A stretch of DNA of 62,090 nt from Actinomycetota bacterium (GCA_041159745.1 JBEAXP010000046.1:1-62090), one strand, 5' to 3'. Positions 1-8,770 are shown, numbered from the stretch's first letter. The notes: generated by a model not told the origin, from the letters alone. Numbers and translations: made by a program.

Positions 1-1867
1 ATTGGTCGATGGTGATTTTGAGCGAGGTGCACACGGTGCGGTTGCCACTGGTGACGTTGACGGCGGTGGCGTTGTCGGCCTTGTTCCAGATGAGCCAGTT
101 TCCGCAGTTGCGGCAGAAGAATCCGTTGAGTGCGACGAAGGTGGTGGGGGCTTTGGGTTCGGGGTTTTTGGTCCAGATGGCGATCAGGTTGGTGTTGGTG
201 GCGATGAAGTAGCGGCGGGTGCCGTCGGATGGGTCGTCGAGGAGTGGCAGGTCGACGGGGATGGTGGGTGTTGTTGTGTTGGCCCAGCCGGTGAAGGTGT
301 AACCGGGTTTGGTGCAGTCGCTGGCACCAGGGAGATATCGGTAGCCGAGTGACACCGATGTCCAGGGTTCGGTGCGAGCAGTGCCGTCGGTGCAGGTGCC
401 GCCGTTCGGATCGAACCGACTGGTGAGAAGTGCAACCGTTGCTGCTGTTTGGCAGGAACTGTTGTTGAGGGCCACCAGAAAGAAAGGTGTGTCGTCCGCG
501 CACGCTCCCCAGACGCTTCCTCGACCGGGAATCGCAGTCGGCTCACCGATGAGGTAGTAGCTAGCGTCCGCCGTCGACCACCGGCCGTCAGGATTGTGGA
601 ATTCGTTGCTCCGCGCGATTGTGCCGCTCCCCAACCTATTCACAACGCGGATGAGTCCATAGGAGTGTTGACCGTTGATGTCGCCGGTTGTGTAGACGTT
701 GCTCACTGTTATGTTGCCGCTGAACAAGTTCGTCACTTCCGCGATGAGGCCGCCGGAGTGTTGACCGTTGATGTCGCCGGTTGTGTAGACGTTGCTCACT
801 GTTATGTTCCCGCTGAAGAAGTTGATCACTTCCGCGATGAGGCCGCCGGAGTAGTCGCCGTTGATGTCGCCGGTTGTGTAGGAGTTGTTGACGGTTATGT
901 TGTCGTAAGCCTGCGAGATGAGCCCAGCGGTGTAGTTGCTGCCGCCGTTGATGTCGCCGGTTGTGTAGGAGTTGTTGACAGTTGCGTAGTTGGATGCTTG
1001 TGAGATGAGTCCAGCGGTGAGAATGCCGCTGCTGTTGATGTCGCCGGTTGTGTACGAGTTATTGACAGTTGTGTAGTTGGATGCGAGCGAGATGAGCCCA
1101 GCGCTGAGATCGCCGCTGCTGTTGATGTCGCCGGTTGTGTAGGAGTTGTTGACAGTTGTGTAGCTGAATGTGCGCGAGATGAGTCCAGCGGTGAGAATGC
1201 CGCTGCTGTTGATGTCGCCGGTTGTGTAGGAGTTGTTGACGGTTGTGTTTCCGTATGCCTGTGAGATGAGCCCAGCGGTGTTGTCGCCGCTGCTGTTGAC
1301 CTCGCCGGTTGTGTAGGAGTTGTTGACGGTTGTGTTTCCGTTTGCGAGTCCGATTAGTCCGCCGGAGTATTCGTCGGTGACGTTGCCGGATGACGATACT
1401 TTCGTAACAGTTGTGTCGTAAGCGTCACGGACCAACCAGCCACCTCCAGCTGCTAGTGAAGTCGAGCCACCTGCGGCGAGGTTGAGGTTGCTGATTGTGG
1501 CTCCAATAGTTTGGAAAAAGAGACCACCGATTGCTGACGTCGTGACGTTGAACGTGATGGTGTGGTTACCTCCGTTGTAATTCCCTCTGAACGGGTCTAG
1601 GTGGCCGAGTTCGACGGCGCTTGGGTCATCAACCGTGAAGCTTGCGGTCTGGATCACGGAGGCGTACCGACAGTCAAATAAGTCGGTCTTTAAAGTCGTG
1701 AGATCGGACTCACCTCGGATCTCAAAGACATCATCTGAGTTGCCGTCGGTGAGGCCACACACTCCCACTCCGTTAGCGAGAGTCGGTGCCGGAGCGACGA
1801 AGTTGACCCCGGCGATCGCCATCACGATCAGAAGAAAGTGTCGGAAAGCGTGTCGAGTTGTATTCAT
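1..1867 (-). CDS. secreted GLUG-motif repeat protein, 3' end cut by window edge; C-terminal module paralogous to 2290..3588
   Basis: Absent from the ORF track because there is no stop inside the window. I translated the minus strand from ATG 1867..1865, which is preceded by GGAGAGGG. The N-terminus MNTTRHAFRHFLLIVMAIAGVNFVAPAPTLANG looks like a signal peptide. The frame stays open to position 2 (622 codons). About 9 tandem 29-31 aa units 'NSYTTGDINxxGxxxGGLI' are GLUG-like. The C-terminus 'DPNGGTC...GYTFTGWA' resembles a Listeria-Bacteroides (Flg_new) repeat. Confidence 0.7.
   Translation of the reverse strand, partial: MNTTRHAFRHFLLIVMAIAGVNFVAPAPTLANGVGVCGLTDGNSDDVFEIRGESDLTTLKTDLFDCRYASVIQTASFTVDDPSAVELGHLDPFRGNYNGGNHTITFNVTTSAIGGLFFQTIGATISNLNLAAGGSTSLAAGGGWLVRDAYDTTVTKVSSSGNVTDEYSGGLIGLANGNTTVNNSYTTGEVNSSGDNTAGLISQAYGNTTVNNSYTTGDINSSGILTAGLISRTFSYTTVNNSYTTGDINSSGDLSAGLISLASNYTTVNNSYTTGDINSSGILTAGLISQASNYATVNNSYTTGDINGGSNYTAGLISQAYDNITVNNSYTTGDINGDYSGGLIAEVINFFSGNITVSNVYTTGDINGQHSGGLIAEVTNLFSGNITVSNVYTTGDINGQHSYGLIRVVNRLGSGTIARSNEFHNPDGRWSTADASYYLIGEPTAIPGRGSVWGACADDTPFFLVALNNSSCQTAATVALLTSRFDPNGGTCTDGTARTEPWTSVSLGYRYLPGASDCTKPGYTFTGWANTTTPTIPVDLPLLDDPSDGTRRYFIATNTNLIAIWTKNPEPKAPTTFVALNGFFCRNCGNWLIWNKADNATAVNVTSGNRTVCTSLKITIDQ
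600..1400 (-). repeat. in-frame tandem repeat array inside the GLUG protein gene, unit 87 or 93 bp, about 9 units
   Basis: The anchor 'gatgtcgccggttgtgta' recurs at 677, 770, 863, 950, 1037, 1124 and 1211. A variant 'gacctcgccggttgtgta' sits at 1298. Spacings are 93, 93, 87, 87, 87, 87, 87 bp, all multiples of 3. Confidence 0.9.
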
Positions 1868-2115
1868 CCCGCCCTCTCCGACAATGTCGCGCGATTGTTG
1901 CGTACAACGTGCAAGTGTAGGCGAGAAACAACGAGGTGATTTGACCTGTTTAGTTCAAGCGATTCGCACGTTCGCGAGGAACAGCAACCTTTGCCTGAGA
2001 AGAACGTCGCCCCGACCCATGGATGTCGATTGTGGGTTGCGTGTTATTGGCGACTCCCGAACTGACCTGAGGGAGTTCGCAGCCGAAGAATGACCCAGCG
2101 CTTTGAAAGTTCTCT

Positions 2116-2162
2116 GGAGCCCGAGAGGGGAATCGAACCCCTGACCTACGCATTACGAGTGC
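2116..2162 (-). repeat. 47-bp perfect direct repeat of the 3' part of tRNA-Thr (partner 3623..3669); att-like tRNA fragment, not a functional tRNA
   Basis: 'ggagcccgagaggggaatcgaacccctgacctacgcattacgagtgc' is identical at 2116..2162 and 3623..3669. The copy at 2116 lacks the D arm and the 5' acceptor strand, because the sequence diverges after 2162. Confidence 0.9.
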
Positions 2163-2289
2163 TCTCCGATGGTAACCCGGGAAACACTGTGAACCGTCTG
2201 TGCAGGGAACTCGTGCCGAGTGGGATTTCTTGAAACGCTGTGAAACGGGGAGAGATGCGGGAAATTTGCGGGATGAACTCGCGGGTTGG

Positions 2290-3588
2290 TCAGCGTGGGG
2301 TTGTTGCGGTGATTGGTGGGCTGCTGGTGGTTTCGTTGGTGGCGGTGAGTGTGTAGGTGATGGGTCCGCGCGGTGGTTGGGGGTCGTGGCACAAAGTCCA
2401 TTGGTCGATGGTGATCTTCAGTGAGGTGCACACGGTGCGGTTGCCACTGGTGACGTTGACGGCGGTGGCGTTGTCGGCCTTGTTCCAGATGAGCCAGTTT
2501 CCGCAGTTGCGGCAGAAGAACCCGTTGAGTGCGACGAAGGTGGTGGGGGCTTTGGGTTCGGGGTTCTTGGTCCAGATGGCGATCAGGTCGACGTTGGAGG
2601 CGACGAAGTAACGCGGGACACCGTCACTGGGGTCGATGAGGAGTGGCAGGTCGACGGGGATGGTGGGTGCGGTGGAGCGTGCCCAGCCGGTGAAGGTGTA
2701 ACCGGGTCGGGTGCATTCGCTGGCACCGGGCAGATAGCGGTAGCCGAGCGACACCGATGTCCAGGGTTCGCTGCGAGCAGTGCCGTCGGTGCAGGTGCCG
2801 CCGTTCGGATCGAGCGTCGCACGCCAGATCGGAGTGAGTGGAGGTGCCGGACTCGACACTGTCGGGAACGTGCAGATGCTGAGCCCACCTGCGGTGGCGG
2901 CGTAGATCGTGTTTCCGACTGCGTACACACCGCGAACGACGTTGTTTCCGAGGCCGTTGGCGGTGGTGACGTTGGTGAAGCTTGTGGCGCTGTTGGTGGA
3001 GATGCTGAGCCCTCCAATGGTGGCGGCGTAGATCGTGTTTCCGACTGCGTAAACACCCCAAACGGTGTTGTCTCCGAGACCGTCTGAGGTGGTTCTGTTG
3101 ATGAATGTTGTGGCACTGTTGGTGGAGACGCTGAGTCCACCCTCGGTGGCGGCGTAGATCGTGTTCCCGACTGCGTACACACCAGTAACGACGTTGCTTC
3201 CGAGTCCGGCGGAGGTGGTGACGTTGGTGAAGCTTGTGCCGCCGTCGGTGGAGATGCTGAGGCCACCAATGATGGCGGCGTAGATCGTGTTCCCGACTGC
3301 GTACACACCCCAAACGAAGTTGTTTCCGAGTCCGGCCGAGGTGGTGACGTTGGTGAAGCTTGTGCCGCTGTTGGTGGAGATGCTGAGCCCACCACCAACA
3401 GTGGCGGCGTAGATCGTGTTCCCGTCGGCGTAGACACCATTGAGGAAGTCGTCTCCGAGGCCGTTGGCGGTGGTCTTGTTGATGCACGTTGGCTGCGAGG
3501 CGCGCACTTCGACCGGGGCGACGCCGAGACTGAGAAGTGTCGACAGCAGAGTCACCACCGCGACAATCGATCGATTCTTCATCGGCAT
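2290..3588 (-). CDS. secreted beta-propeller-type repeat protein with Flg_new-like C-terminal module
   Basis: ORF track, 432 aa. Signal peptide MPMKNRSIVAVVTLLSTLLSLGVAP. Five 42-aa repeats 'GNTIYAAT.GGLSISTN..TSFTN.TTS.GLG.N.V.GVYAV' resemble BNR/Asp-box S-x-[DN]-x-G-x-[ST]-[FW]. The C-terminus carries 'DPNGGTC...GYTFTGWA'. An RBS GGAGGGGGG abuts the ATG. Confidence 0.8.
   Translation of the reverse strand: MPMKNRSIVAVVTLLSTLLSLGVAPVEVRASQPTCINKTTANGLGDDFLNGVYADGNTIYAATVGGGLSISTNSGTSFTNVTTSAGLGNNFVWGVYAVGNTIYAAIIGGLSISTDGGTSFTNVTTSAGLGSNVVTGVYAVGNTIYAATEGGLSVSTNSATTFINRTTSDGLGDNTVWGVYAVGNTIYAATIGGLSISTNSATSFTNVTTANGLGNNVVRGVYAVGNTIYAATAGGLSICTFPTVSSPAPPLTPIWRATLDPNGGTCTDGTARSEPWTSVSLGYRYLPGASECTRPGYTFTGWARSTAPTIPVDLPLLIDPSDGVPRYFVASNVDLIAIWTKNPEPKAPTTFVALNGFFCRNCGNWLIWNKADNATAVNVTSGNRTVCTSLKITIDQWTLCHDPQPPRGPITYTLTATNETTSSPPITATTPR
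2860..3480 (-). repeat. in-frame tandem repeat array, unit 126 bp (42 aa), 5 units
   Basis: The anchor 'cgtagatcgtgtt' recurs at 2901, 3027, 3153, 3279 and 3408. Spacings are 126, 126, 126, 129 bp. Confidence 0.9.
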
Positions 3589-3624
3589 CCCCCCTCCACA
3601 ACCTGGTCAGCCCCGAGAGACCGG

Positions 3625-3697
3625 AGCCCGAGAGGGGAATCGAACCCCTGACCTACGCATTACGAGTGCGTTGCTCTACCGACTGAGCTACCCGGGC
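3625..3697 (-). tRNA. tRNA-Thr (anticodon CGU)
   Basis: The reverse complement is GCCCGGGTAGCTCAGTCGGTAGAGCAACGCACTCGTAATGCGTAGGTCAGGGGTTCGATTCCCCTCTCGGGCT. It folds into a cloverleaf with a 7-bp acceptor stem (one G-U pair), D arm GCTC/GAGC, anticodon stem ACGCA/TGCGT, loop CTCGTAA (anticodon CGT) and T arm AGGGG-TTCGATT-CCCCT. CCA is not encoded. Confidence 0.92.
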
Positions 3698-3722
3698 AAT
3701 GACTCGTCAGGCTAGCGCCCGG

Positions 3723-4238
3723 TCATTCGGACGCCCATTTCGTTCCGGGCAGGTAGTAGCGCTTGGCCCAAATACCACGAGGGTCCTCCCCGCTCACGGG
3801 CATGCGCCAGGTGACGATCCGACTCGAGGCCGCCGCAAGATCGATGGAGCACAACGCCCGCGGCTGGTCGTCGGTGCCATCGACGTATCCATCGGCCCAC
3901 TCATCGGCCACATAACGCTTGGCGATGAGGCGATACGTGTCGCGCCATGCCAAGTCGTCACCGGGCGGATGCTTCACGACCACGTTGCCCTGGATCATCA
4001 CCTTGCGCCACGGTGTTTCGTCCTCGTCGATCGACACGCCCGCCCGCGGATCGCGGACGATGTTCTTCCAGATGATGGCTGGAGAGCGAGGTGTGAACAA
4101 GAACTCGTGACCGATCACAATGAACCACAAGGGCAACACCCGGGGCATGCCGTCGGCATCGGTGGTTCCGATGCGCGCAAGGTGACCTCGCTCCTGCAGG
4201 AAGTCATCAACTTCGAGGTCGGTCAGTCTGGGCATCAC
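3723..4238 (-). CDS. pyridoxamine 5'-phosphate oxidase (PNPOx/FMN-binding split barrel) family protein
   Basis: ORF track, 171 aa. The sequence is PNPOx-like ('LARIGTTDADGMPRVLPLWF', 'GVSIDEDE..WRKVMIQG'). The start is GTG 4238 or ATG 4235. It abuts the holB stop. Confidence 0.6.
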   Translation of the reverse strand: MMPRLTDLEVDDFLQERGHLARIGTTDADGMPRVLPLWFIVIGHEFLFTPRSPAIIWKNIVRDPRAGVSIDEDETPWRKVMIQGNVVVKHPPGDDLAWRDTYRLIAKRYVADEWADGYVDGTDDQPRALCSIDLAAASSRIVTWRMPVSGEDPRGIWAKRYYLPGTKWASE

Positions 4239-5317
4239 TATCTCCTGATGGACGGCAACGACATGAACAGTTCTTCGAGCAGGAGTCGCTCGTTCACATT
4301 GCGAGTGAGCGCGTTGCTGGCCCGCCGGATCGACGACACCGCATCGGCATAACCGATCACTTCGTGCGGTGCCGCTTCGTCGGTGAGTCCCGACATCGCA
4401 TCGCGATAGACGATCGAGAGAGCTCGGAGACCCGAGCGCAGTTCATCGGTTCGAAAGCGGCGCAGCTCGCGTTTATGGCGTTCGGTCAGGGTGCGTCGCC
4501 CGCTGCCTCGCTCTCCGAGCAACTTGGCGCGCTCTTCGAGCGTGGCGAGTTCCTGCCCTTGTTTGGCCTTGTACGGCTCGAGGGCCTCTTCGATTGCCGC
4601 ACTGATGTCAGCCACCAGAGCAATGGCTGCGGAAAGCGAACCGTCGAGGCGCTGTGGAATCGCGGTGAAGAGACGCATGCGCTCACTCATCTTCGGATCG
4701 CCGACGAGAACACGGGCGCGATCGAGATCGCCGGCAGCGACACGCGCGACCTCGTCGGCCACGTCGGACTCGCAACCTTCGGCGATGAGTGTGGCGGCCA
4801 CGAGTTCGTCGGAGACCGGCCCGAAGTTCAGCCGCACACTGCGTGACGCGATGGTGGCGAAGGTGTCGGGCACCTCGTCAGCCAACATGACGATGATCGT
4901 CTGCCCGTCGGGTTCTTCGATGGTCTTCAGCAAAGCCGAACGGGCGATGTCGGCGAGCAAGTGGAACTCGTGCACGATGATGACGCGAGTCGAACCTTCG
5001 ACCGCCGTCCGATCGGCCAACTTCACGATTTCCTCGCGAGCCTGCTCGACGTCGATGGACGCACCCTCGCGCTCGAGTTCGTGCACGTCGACGTGAATGC
5101 CGCGCATCACCAGATCGGCGATTCGCCCACCGGCGTTCTCGTCACCTTGGAGGCGCACCGCGGCGAAGGCGCGGGCCGCAGCCTCCTTGCCGCATCCACT
5201 CGGGCCGACGAACAGATACGCGTGGGCCGGCGAGGCACTCAGTGCGCGCAGTTTGGCGACGGCATCGTCCTGGCCGATGACGGCATCGAACACCGATGAA
5301 GTTGCCGTACGAGCCAT
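4238..5317 (-). CDS. holB: DNA polymerase III subunit delta'
   Basis: The ORF track gives 418 aa, but its first 59 codons overlap tmk. I moved the start to ATG 5317 (MARTATSSVFDAVIGQD), 1 nt past the tmk stop. Clamp-loader motifs are 'AYLFVGPSGCGKEAAARAFA' and 'RVIIVHEFHLL'. Confidence 0.85.
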   Translation of the reverse strand: MARTATSSVFDAVIGQDDAVAKLRALSASPAHAYLFVGPSGCGKEAAARAFAAVRLQGDENAGGRIADLVMRGIHVDVHELEREGASIDVEQAREEIVKLADRTAVEGSTRVIIVHEFHLLADIARSALLKTIEEPDGQTIIVMLADEVPDTFATIASRSVRLNFGPVSDELVAATLIAEGCESDVADEVARVAAGDLDRARVLVGDPKMSERMRLFTAIPQRLDGSLSAAIALVADISAAIEEALEPYKAKQGQELATLEERAKLLGERGSGRRTLTERHKRELRRFRTDELRSGLRALSIVYRDAMSGLTDEAAPHEVIGYADAVSSIRRASNALTRNVNERLLLEELFMSLPSIRR

Positions 5318-5318
5318 G

Positions 5319-5930
5319 TCAGAGCCCGAGCGTAGATCGCACGTGCTCGAGGATTCGACCGGCCAGTTCGTCGACCGATCGCGTCCCGTCGACCACCAGC
5401 CATCGCGCCGGATCGGCCTGGGCCATTGCTCGGAAGCCGTCGACGATGCGCCGGAAGAACTCGGCTCCCTCGCGCTCGAAACGATCGAGGTCACGGTTGG
5501 CCAGTCGCTTCAGAGCCTCGTCATGTTCGATGTCGATGAGGATCACCAAGTCGGGCCAGCAACCGTCGAGAGCCCAGTCGTTGATGCGTTTCACCGATTC
5601 GAGATCGAGACCGCGACCGTAGCCCTGGTACGCGAGGCTCGAATAGACGCTGCGGTCGCTCACCACGGTGCGTCCGGCATCGAGGTTCGGGGCGAGCACT
5701 TCGGCGCGATGTTGCGCTCGATCGCCGGCGATCAACAAGGCTTCAGCCACCGGACTCAGGTGTGTGTTGGCCGGATCGTGCAGCACGTTGCGGATTCGTT
5801 CACCGATCCGGGTGCCACCGGTCTCGCGGGTGAGCACAGCCTTCAGCGACTCGGCCAGGCGCACGGCCTGGGTGGACTTGCCGCAACCCTCGATTCCTTC
5901 GAGCGCGATGTAGCGACCCGCCGTTGTCAC
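5319..5930 (-). CDS. tmk: thymidylate kinase
   Basis: ORF track, 203 aa. P-loop 'YIALEGIEGCGKSTQ'. Overlaps the topA stop by 4 nt. Confidence 0.9.
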   Translation of the reverse strand: MTTAGRYIALEGIEGCGKSTQAVRLAESLKAVLTRETGGTRIGERIRNVLHDPANTHLSPVAEALLIAGDRAQHRAEVLAPNLDAGRTVVSDRSVYSSLAYQGYGRGLDLESVKRINDWALDGCWPDLVILIDIEHDEALKRLANRDLDRFEREGAEFFRRIVDGFRAMAQADPARWLVVDGTRSVDELAGRILEHVRSTLGL

Positions 5931-8653
5931 GACTTCTTCGCCGCGGCCTTCTTGGGTGCGGCCTTCTTCTTGGCCGGGGCCTTCTTCGGTGCCGCGCTCT
6001 TGCGAGCGGCAGTCTTCTTCGCCGGAGCCTTCTTCGCCGGAGCTTTCTTCGCGCCCGACTTCTTCTTCGGCGCGATGCCCTTCTCGGCCATCACTTCGCG
6101 ACGAATGGCCAACAACTCGTAGGCCCGCTCGGGAAGCATCTCCTCGATGCGGTCACCCTTGCCGATCGACGCGTTCACCTCGCCGTCGGTCACGTACACG
6201 CCGTACTGACCTTCTTTGGCCAACACCGGTCGACCGCTCACCGGATCGTTGCCGAATTCACGCAACGGTCCCTTGGCGGCGACCGAACGCCCGCGTCGGT
6301 ACTGCTTGGGCTGCGAAAAGATCGACACCGCTTCGTCGAGCCCGATCGTGAGGAGCTTCTCCTCGTTCTCGATCGTGCGGTAGTCGGTGCCCTTCTGGAT
6401 GTAGGGGCCGTAGCGACCGTTGTTGGCGAGGATCGCCGTGCCGTCGTTCGGATCGACGCCGATGGTGCGCGGCAGTCCGAGCAGTTGCTCGGCATCGGTC
6501 ATCGTCAACCGCTCGAGCACCATCGTCTTGAAGAGGCTGACCATCTTGGGCTTGGCCAGGCCGACCGGTGGTTCATCCATCGTGCCCCACTGCACGTACG
6601 GCCCGTATCGGCCGTTCTTCGCGAACACCGGATGGCCGTCGAGTTCGCCGATGGGCTCGTCGCTCTTGGGTAGCGAGAGAAGTCGCAACGCTTCGGTGAG
6701 GGTGAGTTCGTCGGGAGCGAGCGAATCCGGCACACCGGCCGTGTCGTCTCCTCGCTTCACATACGGCCCGTATTTGCCGGGCTTCACGGCGACGATTTCG
6801 CCGGTGGCCGGGTCGGCTCCGAGTCCGAACGAATTGATGGCGGCGGCGTCGATGTTCTCGATGTTCTTCTCGATCAACTTCTTGAGACCGAGTTCGCCGA
6901 GATCACCGAGTTGTGCGTCGCCGAAGTAGAACGCACGGAGCCACTCGTCCTTGGCCAGGAGTCGGCCGGCGATCTGGTCGAGTTCTTCCTCGACGCCCGC
7001 GGTGAACTGATAATCGACCAATTCGCCGAAGTGCCGTTCGAGCAGGGTGACCACTGCGAACGCCGTCCACGACGGCACGAGGGCCTGCCCCTTCTTCCAC
7101 ACGTAGCCGCGGTCCTGCACGGTCTGGATGATCGACGCCCACGTGGAGGGTCGACCGATACCCAGCTCTTCGAGGCGCTTCACGATCGAGGCTTCGGTGT
7201 AGCGAGCCGGGGGAGTCGTTTCGTGACCTCCCGGCACGAGTTCGCGCACCGCGACGGCGTCCCCCACCTTCAACGGCGGCAACAACGCTTCCTTCTCGTC
7301 GGCGTCGGTGCCCTCGTCGCTCGATTCTTCGTAGGCGCGGCGGTGACCCGAGAACGTGATGGTGGTTCCGCTGGCCGAGAAGGTGCAGTCGTTGGCCGCG
7401 GCCGCACCGGACGCCGGGGCGGTGGCGCTCAGCCGAATCGACACCGTGGTTCCCGATGCGTCGGCCATCTGCGAGGCGAGGGTCCGCTGCCAGATGAGCC
7501 GATACAGCGCCAGGTCGGGGCCGCTCAATTGGCCGGCCACTTCCTCGGGTGAGCGGATCGGCAGGCTGGGCCGTATGGCCTCGTGCGCTTCCTGGGCGTT
7601 CTTCACCTTGTTGGCGTATTGACGCGGGTTCGGCGACAGGAACTCGGTGCCGAACTCCTTGCCGATCTGCGACCTGACCGCGGCCAGGGCCTCGTCGGCC
7701 AGGGCCACCGAGTCGGTGCGCATATATGTAATGAATCCCCGCTCGTACAGACCCTGGGCGGTGCGCATCACCTGCTGGGCCGACAGACGCAGTTTCCGGC
7801 CGGCCTCCTGCTGAAGAGTGCTGGTCATGAAGGGGGCCTTGGGCGATGAGCGATAGGGCTTGTCCTCCACCGACTTCACGGTCACGGTGGCCGAGCCGAG
7901 CCGATCGACCAGCGATCGCACCCCGGCTTCGCTGAGGACGGTCACCTTGTCGGAGGCCCGACCGGTGGCGTCGAAGTCCTTGCCGGTGGCCACCCGCACG
8001 CCGTCGACCTCCAGCAGGTCGGCGGTGAACGACGGCGACGTGGCCGAGACGAGTTCGAGGCCCCAGTACCCGGCGGTCACGAAGGCGATGCGTTCGCGTT
8101 CGCGTTCGACGATGAGGCGAATGGTCGGGCTCTGCACTCGGCCGGCCGACAATCCGCGGTTGACCTTGCGCCACAACACCGGTGAGACCTCGTAGCCGAA
8201 CAACCGGTCGAGGATGCGGCGGGTCTCGGCGGCGTCCACCAATCCGTTGTCGAGATCGCGCGGATTGGCGAAGGCGTGGTCGATGGCCGTCTTGGTGATC
8301 TCGTGGAACACCACGCGGTGCACCGGGGTACCGGGCTTGATCGCCGACTTGAGGTTCTCGATGAGGTGCCAGCTGATGGCCTCACCCTCGCGGTCCTCGT
8401 CGGTTGCGAGATACAGCGCCGAGGCTTGCTTCACGAGTTGGCGCAATTCCTTGACGACCTTGGCGCCGCGCTCGGTGAGTTCGTACGTGGGCTTGAAGTG
8501 ATTGTCGACGTCGACGGCCAGACCCTTCGACGGCAAATCGGCCACGTGTCCGACCGATGCGCGGACTTCGTAGTCGGAGCCGAGGAAGGTGCCGATCGTC
8601 TTCGCCTTGGCCGGCGATTCGACGATCACGAGGGGTTTACGGGTCGAGGTCAT
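5927..8653 (-). CDS. topA: DNA topoisomerase I (type IA), actinobacterial type with Lys/Ala-rich C-terminal tail
   Basis: ORF track, 908 aa. TOPRIM N-terminus 'LVIVESPAKAKTI'. Four C-terminal 'G[RK]YGPY[VI]' repeats take the place of Zn fingers. The tail is 'KKKSGAKKAPAKKAPAKK...AAKKS'. Confidence 0.95.
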   Translation of the reverse strand: MTSTRKPLVIVESPAKAKTIGTFLGSDYEVRASVGHVADLPSKGLAVDVDNHFKPTYELTERGAKVVKELRQLVKQASALYLATDEDREGEAISWHLIENLKSAIKPGTPVHRVVFHEITKTAIDHAFANPRDLDNGLVDAAETRRILDRLFGYEVSPVLWRKVNRGLSAGRVQSPTIRLIVERERERIAFVTAGYWGLELVSATSPSFTADLLEVDGVRVATGKDFDATGRASDKVTVLSEAGVRSLVDRLGSATVTVKSVEDKPYRSSPKAPFMTSTLQQEAGRKLRLSAQQVMRTAQGLYERGFITYMRTDSVALADEALAAVRSQIGKEFGTEFLSPNPRQYANKVKNAQEAHEAIRPSLPIRSPEEVAGQLSGPDLALYRLIWQRTLASQMADASGTTVSIRLSATAPASGAAAANDCTFSASGTTITFSGHRRAYEESSDEGTDADEKEALLPPLKVGDAVAVRELVPGGHETTPPARYTEASIVKRLEELGIGRPSTWASIIQTVQDRGYVWKKGQALVPSWTAFAVVTLLERHFGELVDYQFTAGVEEELDQIAGRLLAKDEWLRAFYFGDAQLGDLGELGLKKLIEKNIENIDAAAINSFGLGADPATGEIVAVKPGKYGPYVKRGDDTAGVPDSLAPDELTLTEALRLLSLPKSDEPIGELDGHPVFAKNGRYGPYVQWGTMDEPPVGLAKPKMVSLFKTMVLERLTMTDAEQLLGLPRTIGVDPNDGTAILANNGRYGPYIQKGTDYRTIENEEKLLTIGLDEAVSIFSQPKQYRRGRSVAAKGPLREFGNDPVSGRPVLAKEGQYGVYVTDGEVNASIGKGDRIEEMLPERAYELLAIRREVMAEKGIAPKKKSGAKKAPAKKAPAKKTAARKSAAPKKAPAKKKAAPKKAAAKKS

Positions 8654-8770
8654 GCTTTTTCAGGGCTACGACATGGCTTGGCTGCTTGTCAAGCACAGTC
8701 GCCGAGCCAACTCGTGGAACATGCGCATCGATGCAGGTGAGGCCATGAATCGCCGCACGGTATCGGAAGG

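Noticed and set aside
600-1400. A CRISPR-like or satellite repeat array (also 2860..3480 and 16209..16257)
   Set aside because: The 87/93-bp and 126-bp arrays are in-frame coding repeats with no unique spacers. The 22-bp repeat has only two copies and derives from the tRNA 3' end.
2116-2162. A second tRNA-Thr gene
   Set aside because: Only the 3' 45 nt of the tRNA are present. The sequence 3' of position 2162 (tctccgatggtaacccggg) cannot form a D arm or the 5' acceptor strand. It is treated as an att-like fragment.
1-3700. A prophage or ICE at tRNA-Thr
   Set aside because: No integrase, excisionase, replication, conjugation or phage structural genes are visible. Only the att-like repeat and two surface-protein genes are present, so it is reported as a possible remnant or partial island only.
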